DNA of 34,786 nt from a virus (taxonomy: Duplodnaviria; Caudoviricetes): IMG/VR virus record IMGVR_UViG_3300048577_000105, positions 1 to 34,786 of that record; one strand, given 5' to 3'. This document shows positions 1-8,152 of the stretch, piece after piece; the stretch's first letter is position 1; every line of letters starts with the position of its first letter. The translations under genes were made by a program, and so were the position numbers. The notes beneath the pieces were generated by a model. It had not been told where the DNA came from and ran no database searches. It was given only the letters and a program-made list of their open reading frames with translations.

Positions 1-100
1 CAGTACTTAGACTACACTATCTATAAGGGTTGTAATTGAACTGCTTGAATCATATATCTCCGCTAACTATTTATTGATAATATTCCCTTGATTTCCCAAA

Positions 101-140
101 ACCTAAAAAGTAGGTGGATTTTTCCACCTACTTTTTAGGT
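101..140. terminator. Perfect 18-bp inverted repeat; likely terminator of the peptide gene, possibly bidirectional
   Basis: ACCTAAAAAGTAGGTGGA-TTTT-TCCACCTACTTTTTAGGT, 12 nt past the stop of 153..293. Confidence 0.8.
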
Positions 141-152
141 AATAGTATATTT

Positions 153-293
153 TTATTCGCCAGGCTCAGGATATTGAGCATCTGGAGTTATATGACTTCC
201 TATAATGTTAGTATTCATACTAGAAATTGTAGGAACAATTAAAGTTGCTATGATTGCAATACTTGCTATTACCTTTACAAAGCTTCTTTTCAT
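153..293 (-). CDS. Secreted quorum-sensing pro-peptide (46 aa), cognate of the adjacent RRNPP receptor; absent from the ORF track
   Basis: Hand translation MKRSFVKVIASIAIIATLIVPTISSMNTNIIGSHITPDAQYPEPGE*; RBS GGAAGGTG upstream; basic N-terminus plus hydrophobic core (signal peptide) and polar C-terminus; co-oriented 94 nt downstream of an HTH-TPR gene. Confidence 0.85.
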   Translation of the reverse strand: MKRSFVKVIASIAIIATLIVPTISSMNTNIIGSHITPDAQYPEPGE

Positions 294-319
294 ATTATAC
301 ACACCTTCCAAGTTTTATA

Positions 320-381
320 TATACTTCTATTATATTACACTATATTTAATAATACATTAGGTTAATGACTATAGAAGTATA
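320..381. promoter_or_regulatory. 11-bp inverted repeat with 40-bp spacer bracketing the peptide promoter; candidate operator
   Basis: TATACTTCTAT (320-330) and ATAGAAGTATA (371-381); minus-strand TATAAT at 329-334. Confidence 0.35.
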
Positions 382-387
382 AATATT

Positions 388-1668
388 TTATATAAGAGGT
401 TCAATATCATTTAATAATCTTATTGACTCCTCGTGATTGCCTTGTAATGCCTCTACATGAGCTAGTTTATATATAGCAAAGCGTTTCCCATCAATTAATT
501 GGTTAGTCTCTAAAGTATCAAGAAGCCTATACATTTTATCTTTTATTTTGTCATAGTCTTTCTTTGTCTCTAGTACCTTTACTAAACACCTATAGTTTTC
601 AATAAGAGCCTCAAACCTTTTATACTGTTCAGCCATATCTATAGCCAAATCAAATAGCATTAAACTTTCCTCATACAAGCCTTGTTTAAGAAGTACTTTT
701 CCTTTAAGACCTAAAACGTGAGGTAGAGTAGGCTTGTCACATTGTACTTTTAAGCTCTGTGCATGACTTACATATTTTAAGCTCTGCTCATAGTCACCCT
801 TCTTATAAAATACTTCAGCTAAGTTAGTATAGATAAGTGAAAGGTTAGGGATATCTTTATTACCTACAATCTTTTCTAACTGATAAAATTCACGTGCTGC
901 ATCATCTAATTGATTAGTAACAAGCATTATAGTTGCTCTTGTTAACTTAGATTTTATAACTACGCTTTCTCTAACTTCACTTTCTGCACTTAATATTGTA
1001 TTTTCTATTATGTCAATGGCTTGTTCATGTTTACCCATTTGAGAATATGCCAATGCTAATGAATAACTGGCCTTATAGTAAGAGCGTAAATCCTCTACAT
1101 CTCTAGCGTAACATATAGCTTGCTTATAAAAGAAAACAGCATCCTCAAAGCAGTTCTTTCTTATCTTGCATAAAGCTAAATTCATATATACTTCTATTTG
1201 TTCCTTGTCCATTCTAAGCTCTTTATATTTTCCTAGTGAATTATTTAGAGCTACAAATGCTTTTGTATAATCACAATCTTTAATATATCTTATGCCCTCT
1301 ATCTCACACGTATAAGCCATTAAATCATCAAGATCAAATTTCTTTTCTATCTTTACAAGCTCGTCAAGTTGTTTATAACTTAGAGAGTCTGCATTTTTAA
1401 GCTCATCATTGCAATAATATCTCGCATCCTCTGCCGGAGTTCTAGAAAAGTATTCATCATCTAAATTTAAGTTAACACTTATTCTTTTAGCTAGTTCATT
1501 AAACTTATCAGCTAATAACTTAGAGCTATTTTTGCTTACCGTTCTTTTTCCGCTCTCCATCATACTTATAAAAGCTCTAGTCATATTGATACATTCAAGC
1601 TGTGACTGATTAACACGAAATTTTTTTCTCATTAGTCTTATTTTCTCGCTTGGACTATAAAATTCCAA
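388..1668 (-). CDS. RRNPP-family peptide receptor / transcription regulator (XRE-type HTH plus TPR repeats)
   Basis: N-terminal HTH (KIRLMRKK...NQSQL...TRAFISMMESGKRTVS), then several TPR-like units (YMNLALCK...A.FFYKQA; YTNLAEVFYKKGDYEQSLKY); 426 aa; TTG start with GAGGGG RBS; small secreted ORF directly downstream. Confidence 0.88.
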   Translation of the reverse strand: MEFYSPSEKIRLMRKKFRVNQSQLECINMTRAFISMMESGKRTVSKNSSKLLADKFNELAKRISVNLNLDDEYFSRTPAEDARYYCNDELKNADSLSYKQLDELVKIEKKFDLDDLMAYTCEIEGIRYIKDCDYTKAFVALNNSLGKYKELRMDKEQIEVYMNLALCKIRKNCFEDAVFFYKQAICYARDVEDLRSYYKASYSLALAYSQMGKHEQAIDIIENTILSAESEVRESVVIKSKLTRATIMLVTNQLDDAAREFYQLEKIVGNKDIPNLSLIYTNLAEVFYKKGDYEQSLKYVSHAQSLKVQCDKPTLPHVLGLKGKVLLKQGLYEESLMLFDLAIDMAEQYKRFEALIENYRCLVKVLETKKDYDKIKDKMYRLLDTLETNQLIDGKRFAIYKLAHVEALQGNHEESIRLLNDIEPLI

Positions 1669-1908
1669 CTAAAATCCCCCCTCTATCTATTCACCCATTG
1701 ATGAAACATTATGATACATATATTAGTAATTATACATTAAAATTACATAATTTGTGTATAGTAGATAAAAAAATGTTAATACATCAAAAATATATAGATT
1801 TTTGTTTCATAAAAAATAAAAAAGCCTCAATTTAGAGGCCTTTTTTTATTGAATCATTCATATAAAAGGGTAGGGAATATAGTAAAAATATTAAATTGAT
1901 AATGGATA

Positions 1909-2175
1909 CTATATACAGTATTCCTCCTCGTTAACCTTTTTAATTACATTATGTTTAATTAATGTGTCAATAAGCTCTTTAGCTCTCCCCTCGGTGGTTG
2001 AGCTGCTTAGTTTTACACTTATACCATTTACCCTATATAGATTTATTAATATATATTTTATATAATCATCTTCATTCTTAAAGTCACCATCATAAAAACA
2101 GCTCTGCCACATATAACGAATTATGTCTATTGGTTCACCTTTTGCAATTAGACCATCAATATTCAAAGACAACAT
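1909..2175 (-). CDS. Hypothetical protein (88 aa)
   Basis: ORF track; start moved to ATG 2175, which has a GGAGG RBS; terminator-like hairpin near 1818-1847. Confidence 0.7.
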   Translation of the reverse strand: MLSLNIDGLIAKGEPIDIIRYMWQSCFYDGDFKNEDDYIKYILINLYRVNGISVKLSSSTTEGRAKELIDTLIKHNVIKKVNEEEYCI

Positions 2176-2291
2176 ACAAGCCTCCAAACTATTATATTAT
2201 AGGGGTAATACCTAACACCTATTAAGTATTATGTCAAAAAACTTACCATAAATTACATTGCTACTTTGTACAACTTGTAGTGTTTAATGGC

Positions 2292-2320
2292 TTGCTTTAT
2301 GTACCGAAAGGTGGTAGAAT
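2292..2320 (+). promoter_or_regulatory. sigmaA promoter, copy A of repeated promoter
   Basis: TTGCTT-tatgtaccgaaaggtgg (17)-TAGAAT. Confidence 0.75.
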
Positions 2321-2381
2321 GTATTTGTAGGGAAGATAACAAATCTAATAAAAAATTAAAATCTTAGGAGGATTCAAACAA

Positions 2382-2699
2382 ATGATAAAATTTAATGAAG
2401 GTTTAGAAATGAAAGTAGTTGCAGTAATAGAGGATTCTTATAAAATAGGTATGGATTCAATAGACATAGCAGAGGTATTATATGGTATATTCAAAGATGA
2501 AGAAATATTTGAAGCTCTTCAGTATCCGCAAGAGACATTCGATAAACAATTATTATTTGTAATGAGCGATATGATACCAGGGGCAAAAAAGGTTGATGAT
2601 ATGCAATATATAGATTATCAAGAGTGGCTTGACATAAGAATTGTTGAATATATAGATTTGATAGAACTTAAAAGAAAACAACAAGAAGAGGCTATATAG
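2382..2699 (+). CDS. Small acidic hypothetical protein (105 aa)
   Basis: ORF with AGGAGG RBS; D/E-rich; first gene after promoter A. Confidence 0.8.
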   Translation: MIKFNEGLEMKVVAVIEDSYKIGMDSIDIAEVLYGIFKDEEIFEALQYPQETFDKQLLFVMSDMIPGAKKVDDMQYIDYQEWLDIRIVEYIDLIELKRKQQEEAI

Positions 2700-2726
2700 C
2701 CTCTTCCTTCCTAGGAGGATAATGTT

Positions 2727-2828
2727 ATGAAAATTAGATTTACATTTTCAACTCGTACAAAAAAGGTCGGTATAATGGCAATATTCAAGCTTTGCAATAA
2801 GATTTTCCTAGCATTTAAGTTAAAATAA
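2727..2828 (+). CDS. Small basic peptide (33 aa); absent from the ORF track
   Basis: AGGAGG at 2713-2718, then MKIRFTFSTRTKKVGIMAIFKLCNKIFLAFKLK*; fills the gap between two operon genes. Confidence 0.55.
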   Translation: MKIRFTFSTRTKKVGIMAIFKLCNKIFLAFKLK

Positions 2829-2852
2829 ATCAACTTTAAACGGAGGTATACC

Positions 2853-3563
2853 ATGAGTTTTTACTATTTAGATAATAATTATGAGGTAAGAGTAAAAGAA
2901 GAAAATGAGGACTATAACACTAAAGAACTTAGAGATATTAGACTAAGTTTAACAGATAAACAAGTTAATAATTTAGAGGTTCTTGCATATGAGGCGGGCC
3001 ATAACAATGTTGAAGAGTTACTTGAGAGCCTTGTCGGAGACTTGACACAATGGCAAAGTAACGGCAGCGACGAAAGAGAGTTGGCTATTAATTGGTATGG
3101 TAGAGCTTTTGGTGCAAGTATAAATACTACATATCATTTTAGAGAATTTTTAAACGGGCGTTTAATATATGCTGAGGATTTAGTATCAAGTGAAGAGGAA
3201 CTTAATAAAGCTTATAATCAATATTTACAAATAAGTGAAGATAAAGACCACTATACAAAAGAGGAGTGCCTAGAGATTGCAAAAGAGATAAAAAACAAAA
3301 TGGATCTTCACGAAAAGCTAATTGAAAAATATTTCTATGAGTTCCGTACAAGAATAGAAAATCGCTCCACTCAGCTTAAAGAACAAAACAAATATACAGA
3401 AGATGAAAAAAGCTTTATGTTAGATGTACATTTCGGCCAAGTAGTTAATTTAATACTAAAAGATAAAGACCTTGATTCAGATAACAAAAGCGAGGCTATA
3501 AGTAACATTCATAGAGCATACAATGACTTTCTAAAAAACGATAGGTTTACTATGGATATATAA
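2853..3563 (+). CDS. Acidic hypothetical protein (236 aa)
   Basis: ORF with GGAGG RBS; no family recognised. Confidence 0.8.
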   Translation: MSFYYLDNNYEVRVKEENEDYNTKELRDIRLSLTDKQVNNLEVLAYEAGHNNVEELLESLVGDLTQWQSNGSDERELAINWYGRAFGASINTTYHFREFLNGRLIYAEDLVSSEEELNKAYNQYLQISEDKDHYTKEECLEIAKEIKNKMDLHEKLIEKYFYEFRTRIENRSTQLKEQNKYTEDEKSFMLDVHFGQVVNLILKDKDLDSDNKSEAISNIHRAYNDFLKNDRFTMDI

Positions 3564-3587
3564 AAAATAAGAGAGAAGGTTTTTCTA

Positions 3588-3821
3588 ATGCTTAGAGAAG
3601 CAGTATTAAAAAAAATGGAACATTTCGAAGATCATAAAAATAAAATTATTTATGAAAAATCTACAATATACGAGAATATATCTCTTGAAATACTTGTTAT
3701 TGTAGTTAAAGTGTGTTTTGGTTTTAGTGTTTATCAAGGTACTTTTCATCCTACAGGTGATATATTTGTTGAAAGGCTTCCCATTGATAATGATATGCTT
3801 ATTAGTATGATTAATTCGTAA
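3588..3821 (+). CDS. Hypothetical protein (77 aa)
   Basis: ORF with GAAGG RBS; followed by a terminator. Confidence 0.65.
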   Translation: MLREAVLKKMEHFEDHKNKIIYEKSTIYENISLEILVIVVKVCFGFSVYQGTFHPTGDIFVERLPIDNDMLISMINS

Positions 3822-3850
3822 TCCAAGAACTATATAGAAAATAGTAACTT

Positions 3851-3876
3851 AAAGGCGGTTAAATACCGCTTTTTTT
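3851..3876 (+). terminator. Intrinsic terminator
   Basis: AAAGGCGGT-TAAAT-ACCGCTTTTTTT. Confidence 0.75.
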
Positions 3877-3934
3877 GTTGCTCAAAATAAAAAAATCCCC
3901 CTCTAATTCCCATCATAAAGGAGTGTTTAAGAGA

Positions 3935-3963
3935 TTGCTTTATGTACCGAAAGGATATATAAT
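3935..3963 (+). promoter_or_regulatory. sigmaA promoter, copy B of repeated promoter
   Basis: TTGCTT-tatgtaccgaaaggata (17)-TATAAT; upstream CCCCCTCTAATTCCCAT at 3897-3913. Confidence 0.8.
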
Positions 3964-4004
3964 ATAGTTGTAAGGAAAATTCACTAAAAAGGTGGGAAGT
4001 ACAA

Positions 4005-4196
4005 ATGATAAAAGTTAAAGTAGTTTTTAGTACTCAAGGTGAGGACATAGAAACAATAGTAGCCAATAAGGAGGAGGCTAGAGAGTTATTAAAAGGATTC
4101 GATAAAAGCTTAGTTAAAGGCTATAGTATAATCGAATTAACTCATGAGGAATACAGAGAGTATATGCTTAATAAATACGGCATAAGGGTAATTTAA
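4005..4196 (+). CDS. Small hypothetical protein (63 aa)
   Basis: ORF with AAGGTGGG RBS directly after promoter B. Confidence 0.7.
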   Translation: MIKVKVVFSTQGEDIETIVANKEEARELLKGFDKSLVKGYSIIELTHEEYREYMLNKYGIRVI

Positions 4197-4244
4197 GAAG
4201 GGGCGGGATTTCCCGCCTTTTATATAACCTGGCGAGGTGAAAGA

Positions 4245-5111
4245 ATGAAAATAGGATTAATTGACGTTGACGGTCATAACTTCCCTAACCTTGCACTTAT
4301 GAAGCTTTCAGCATGGTATAAGCAAAATGGACATGAGGTTGAAATGCTTATGCCTCTTAAAAGCTATGATAGAGTATATATGAGTAAAGTATTTACATTT
4401 ACAAAGGACTATGAGGGTTTAATAAATTCTAAGGAAATAGTTAAAGGTGGAACTGGCTACGATTTAGATAGTGTACTTCCTAATGAGATAGAGAGTATTT
4501 ATCCGGATTATAGTCTATACAATATTACTAATACTGCCTACGGCTTCTTAACTCGTGGTTGCCCTAGACAATGTAATTTTTGCATAGTGTCAAAAAAGGA
4601 AGGCAACTGCAGTAAAAAGGTTGCTGACTTATCTCAATTTTGGAGAGGTCAAAAAGAAATAAATCTTTTAGATCCAAACTTAATAGCTTGCAGCGAGTGG
4701 AAGGACTTACTTCAGCAACTTATAGATAGTAAATCATATATTGATATAAGCCAAGGCTTAGACATAAGATTAATGACGGACGAAAAGGCTTATATGATTA
4801 ATCAGTTAAAAGTTAAAATGCTTCATTTTGCATGGGATAATTACGAGTTTAAGACCTATGAGAAGTTGAAAGAGTTTAGAACTAAGTTAAAATTCAAAGG
4901 TAGAAAACTTAGAGTATATGTGTTAACTAACTTTAATACCTCTATGGAGGAAAACCTAGAGAGAGTTTACAAGCTCAGAGAACTTGATTACGACCCTTAC
5001 ATTACAGTTTTTGAAAGGTGGAACGCTCCGAAAGAAATAAAGCGTATGCAAAGATGGGTTAATAATAAATTTGTCTTTAGGAGCTGCGACAAATTTGAGG
5101 ACTATAAATAA
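4245..5111 (+). CDS. Phage-associated radical SAM protein
   Basis: TRGCPRQCNFC = CxxxCxxC cluster motif; N-terminal IGLIDVDGHNFPNLALMKLS segment typical of phage radical SAM proteins. Confidence 0.88.
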   Translation: MKIGLIDVDGHNFPNLALMKLSAWYKQNGHEVEMLMPLKSYDRVYMSKVFTFTKDYEGLINSKEIVKGGTGYDLDSVLPNEIESIYPDYSLYNITNTAYGFLTRGCPRQCNFCIVSKKEGNCSKKVADLSQFWRGQKEINLLDPNLIACSEWKDLLQQLIDSKSYIDISQGLDIRLMTDEKAYMINQLKVKMLHFAWDNYEFKTYEKLKEFRTKLKFKGRKLRVYVLTNFNTSMEENLERVYKLRELDYDPYITVFERWNAPKEIKRMQRWVNNKFVFRSCDKFEDYK

Positions 5112-5119
5112 TAAAAGCT

Positions 5120-5150
5120 AAAAAGTGGCTAAAAATTAGGCCGCTTTTTT
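5120..5150 (+). terminator. Intrinsic terminator
   Basis: AAAAAGTGGC...GCCGCTTTTTT after the radical SAM stop. Confidence 0.65.
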
Positions 5151-5323
5151 ATTTTTTTGTGAGATTGTACAAAAGGATTTACTTTAAATTACAGTTTGTC
5201 CTAAAAATAGTTGCGAAACATAGAATTTATTTCGCCAAATCTACGTTTAGCGAAATACTTGTACTTTTTTCATGGTGGACAAAATAAAAAGAGAGGCTTT
5301 TTTTCCTCTCCACTTCTTAAGAT

Positions 5324-5488
5324 TTATAAGTCCATTTTTTCATACTTTACTGCAATTTCCTTCTCGGTATATTCGTCCATTAACCCCCACATTTTCATTT
5401 TAATACTTTCGGTTGTAATATCTACAGATTCTTTTTTTAATTCAGCTACAGCTACACACGCATAGCAAGTTGCTTCACTTCCGGTCAT
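5324..5488 (-). CDS. Small hypothetical protein (54 aa); absent from the ORF track
   Basis: GAGGTG RBS, then MTGSEATCYACVAVAELKKESVDITTESIKMKMWGLMDEYTEKEIAVKYEKMDL*; hairpin GAGAGG...CCTCTC at 5291-5310 downstream. Confidence 0.7.
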   Translation of the reverse strand: MTGSEATCYACVAVAELKKESVDITTESIKMKMWGLMDEYTEKEIAVKYEKMDL

Positions 5489-5600
5489 AGTATACTCACC
5501 TCTATATAATCATATTAATATACATTATATCCAGTAATTGAAGAGGTAAGCAATAAGCTTTTTTATATCTCCAATTACTCCAAAAAAGGAGTATGGTATT

Positions 5601-6137
5601 ATGAAATATTTTTCTTATGGGAGTAACTTAAATATAAAACTCATGGATGAAAAATGTCCTAGAGCTATGCCTATATGCTCAGCAATACTACATAATCATA
5701 TATTAGTTTTTAGAGGTTCACAGAAAGGCAAAGGCGTTGCGGATATAAAACAAACCTCAGCATATGACGATTTTGTTTTTGGTGGTCTTTATGAAATTCC
5801 GGACCATTATATTAATATCCTGGATGCATCAGAACATTATCCGGATATAGTAGATAAAAAAGAAATAAAAGTCAATCTTGAAAACGGATCAACTATAAAA
5901 GCTTTTACTTATTTTCTTAATGGCAACATAGAGCGTACTACTTTAGATAGTGATTATCTTAACTTAATGATACAAGGTTACTTTTACTTTTCTCTACCCA
6001 TTGAAGAGCTTCAAGCTTCTATAATAAAAAATTATGAGGCTAGTAAAGTATCTAAAGAGGGAAGTAAAACGCCTCCTCTTACCCCTACTAAATATCGTTT
6101 AATTAAAGGGAATTTATTTAGTAAGAGCCGCTTTTAA
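5601..6137 (+). CDS. Gamma-glutamylcyclotransferase (AIG2-like) family protein
   Basis: N-terminal YFSYGSNL motif, V.GGLYEI and LD.SE segments; AAGGAG RBS; hairpin AAGAGCCG...CGGCTCTTTT at the 3' end. Confidence 0.85.
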   Translation: MKYFSYGSNLNIKLMDEKCPRAMPICSAILHNHILVFRGSQKGKGVADIKQTSAYDDFVFGGLYEIPDHYINILDASEHYPDIVDKKEIKVNLENGSTIKAFTYFLNGNIERTTLDSDYLNLMIQGYFYFSLPIEELQASIIKNYEASKVSKEGSKTPPLTPTKYRLIKGNLFSKSRF

Positions 6138-6155
6138 TGACGGCTCTTTTTGATA

Positions 6156-6300
6156 CTTCTTTACTTCTAAACTTCTTTCCCTCTTTACTTCTTAGTCTAA
6201 AATTTAATTCAAAGCTAGTAAAATAGGCGGTTTATATTACAAAACTAACTTACTATATTTTACATAAACTTCTTTACTTCTTTTACTCTTTCCCTCTTTC
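6156..6300. repeat. Two arrays (5 and 4 units) of 8-bp CTTCTTTA-like direct repeats; candidate parS/operator upstream of parA
   Basis: 6156-6195 CTTCTTTA CTTCTAAA CTTCTTTC CCTCTTTA CTTCTTAG; 6269-6300 CTTCTTTA CTTCTTTT ACTCTTTC CCTCTTTC; second array reaches the -35 position relative to TATAAT at 6320-6325. Confidence 0.75.
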
Positions 6301-6346
6301 CATGTGTACAAGCATGGTATATAATAGTAAAAAAGGGGTGGAAAAA

Positions 6347-7132
6347 ATGAAGGTAATATCTATTTTTAACCAGAAAGGCGGCGTAGGAAAAAGTACAACC
6401 GCAAGTAATATAGCCGCATACTTGGCAAGGCATGGCAAAAAAGTTTTAGCTGTAGATATGGATTCTCAATCAAACTTAACGGCATCTTTTGGCATAGATG
6501 ACGAGGAGCTACAACTAACAGTATATGACTTGCTAAAAAATAAGAATGTTAATACAAATGATATTGAAGAGGTACTTATTGAAACTAAGTACGATAGATT
6601 GCATCTATTACCGTCAGATATATCTTTATCCAACGGAGAAATTACTCTAAGCTCATATAAAGATAGAGAGTACCTACTTAGGAACATAATTAATAATACT
6701 AAGAGAGCTTATGACTATGTAATTATCGACTGTCCTCCGGCACTCGGTTTATTGTCGGTTAATTCTTTAGTTGCTTCAGACTATATAATAATTCCGGTTA
6801 CACCTCAATTTTTCTCTATAAAAGGTATTAAAGATTTAATTAATACTTACAACCTTATAAGAGACGGCTACAACGAAAATCTTGATATTCTAGGAGTATT
6901 AATAACTCGCTTTGATGCTAGAAAGAAAATATCTAAGGATATTAGAAGCTCACTGCAAGAGGTTTTTGGCGATAAGCTATTCAACACAATAATAAGAGAA
7001 GATGTTAAAATCGAATACTCTCAAGATGAACAAGCTCCTATAATATACTACTATGAAAAATGTAAAGGCTACGAGGATTATACAGAACTAGGCAAGGAGG
7101 TACTTAAATGTCTAATGGATCTAAACATATAA
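6347..7132 (+). CDS. parA: ParA/Soj family partition ATPase
   Basis: Deviant Walker A NQKGGVGKST, VDMDSQSN, YVIIDCPP; start moved to ATG 6347 (AAGGGGTG RBS). Confidence 0.95.
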   Translation: MKVISIFNQKGGVGKSTTASNIAAYLARHGKKVLAVDMDSQSNLTASFGIDDEELQLTVYDLLKNKNVNTNDIEEVLIETKYDRLHLLPSDISLSNGEITLSSYKDREYLLRNIINNTKRAYDYVIIDCPPALGLLSVNSLVASDYIIIPVTPQFFSIKGIKDLINTYNLIRDGYNENLDILGVLITRFDARKKISKDIRSSLQEVFGDKLFNTIIREDVKIEYSQDEQAPIIYYYEKCKGYEDYTELGKEVLKCLMDLNI

Positions 7133-7377
7133 TGCAAGGAGTTCAAGAAGCTTTGACAAAAGGAAGTAAAGAAGGAAAGAAGGAAACTTCTTTAGATGAA
7201 CCCGCAGAAAATCAAGGTGGAGGCAAAGAAGAAAAGAAGAAAAGAAGTTATTGCCTTAAATTGTCAACTATAAGAAAGCTGCAAGAATTAAAATTAAGGT
7301 ACCCGGTCGGTACAAGTTTAGAGGATATTGTTGACGATGCTATATGCGTATTTTATGACATTAAGAAGAGGGCTTAA
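7108..7377 (+). CDS. Small centromere-binding partner of ParA (type Ib-like, probable ribbon-helix-helix)
   Basis: Overlaps the parA 3' end; flexible N-terminus then KKRSYCL..STIRKLQEL...SLEDIVDDAI strand-helix-helix pattern; AAGGAGG RBS. Confidence 0.7.
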   Translation: MSNGSKHIMQGVQEALTKGSKEGKKETSLDEPAENQGGGKEEKKKRSYCLKLSTIRKLQELKLRYPVGTSLEDIVDDAICVFYDIKKRA

Positions 7378-7379
7378 AT

Positions 7380-7426
7380 AAGAAGTTTAGAAGTAAAGAG
7401 GCTAAGAAGTAAACTTCTTAACCTCT
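7380..7426. repeat. Downstream parS-like array (inverted and direct 8-bp units)
   Basis: AAGAAG TTTAGAAG TAAAGAGG CTAAGAAG TAAA CTTCTTAA CCTCTC. Confidence 0.7.
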
Positions 7427-7606
7427 CTATTTTGCATTTCTTTTATAGTATATAGTTCCGGCAATCATAATAAAAATAGCCGCTTCAATCTCCATAAATT
7501 TTGATGATTTTGCTCCATGCCTAAGAGATAAAATTGAGGCTATAATCCACGCCGTACCACATATATAAAGTAATACTAGATTTCTCTTTTCCTTATTCAT
7601 GGCCAT
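7427..7606 (-). CDS. Small two-helix membrane protein (59 aa)
   Basis: Two hydrophobic stretches; start moved to ATG 7606 (GAGAGGTG RBS). Confidence 0.6.
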   Translation of the reverse strand: MAMNKEKRNLVLLYICGTAWIIASILSLRHGAKSSKFMEIEAAIFIMIAGTIYYKRNAK

Positions 7607-7672
7607 ATAGATATTACACCTCTCATAGATTCTCAACACATGGTTAAAGAACACCGCAAAGCGGTATTCTTA

Positions 7673-8050
7673 TTAATTATTTTTAATAACTTTTCTGAAA
7701 TCTTCAATCATAGTATCTATAGCTTTTTTTCCATTATCAAAACTTATATCATAGGTTATGCCATCAATATTCTTTGTTGAACTATCAAAAGATAGTAATA
7801 AGTCTAAGCTCATTTTTCTAAAGAAATAATAATTTTCAATAAACTTATCAATTTCTACTCGCTTGATATCATCTGCATTTGAATATACGAATGAAAGAGC
7901 GCAAGTTATTGCAGAAAATGGCTGTTCTCTTATAAAATCAGAGTTTACTACGCCACCAAATCCATACCTCTCACAATCATAAATATCACAAAGAATATGC
8001 TCAATAGTAACGGCATATCCTTGAGCAACTGCTCCTATAACCATAGTCAT
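7673..8050 (-). CDS. Hypothetical protein (125 aa)
   Basis: AGGAGG RBS; followed by hairpin AAGAACACCGC-AAA-GCGGTATTCTT near 7647-7671. Confidence 0.8.
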   Translation of the reverse strand: MTMVIGAVAQGYAVTIEHILCDIYDCERYGFGGVVNSDFIREQPFSAITCALSFVYSNADDIKRVEIDKFIENYYFFRKMSLDLLLSFDSSTKNIDGITYDISFDNGKKAIDTMIEDFRKVIKNN

Positions 8051-8109
8051 AATAATCCTCCTAAATTCTCTTTTATATATTTATCTCTCTTAGTAAAAAG
8101 TGATTCCAA

Positions 8110-8147
8110 TATATTTGAGTATACCATAAAATGTATACTCAAATATA
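8110..8147. repeat. Perfect 15-bp inverted repeat with 8-bp spacer
   Basis: TATATTTGAGTATAC-CATAAAAT-GTATACTCAAATATA. Confidence 0.85.
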
Positions 8148-8152
8148 AACCA

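Noticed and set aside
195-222. ACTTCCTATAA matches the left arm of the Firmicutes dif site
   Set aside because: The right arm (TATTCATACTA) does not resemble TTATGTAAACT, and the match lies inside the peptide CDS
1650-1835. 61-aa plus-strand ORF
   Set aside because: Overlaps the receptor start and promoter; no RBS; low-information sequence
5211-5465. 84-aa plus-strand ORF
   Set aside because: Antisense to the better-supported 54-aa ORF 5324..5488 and crosses a terminator
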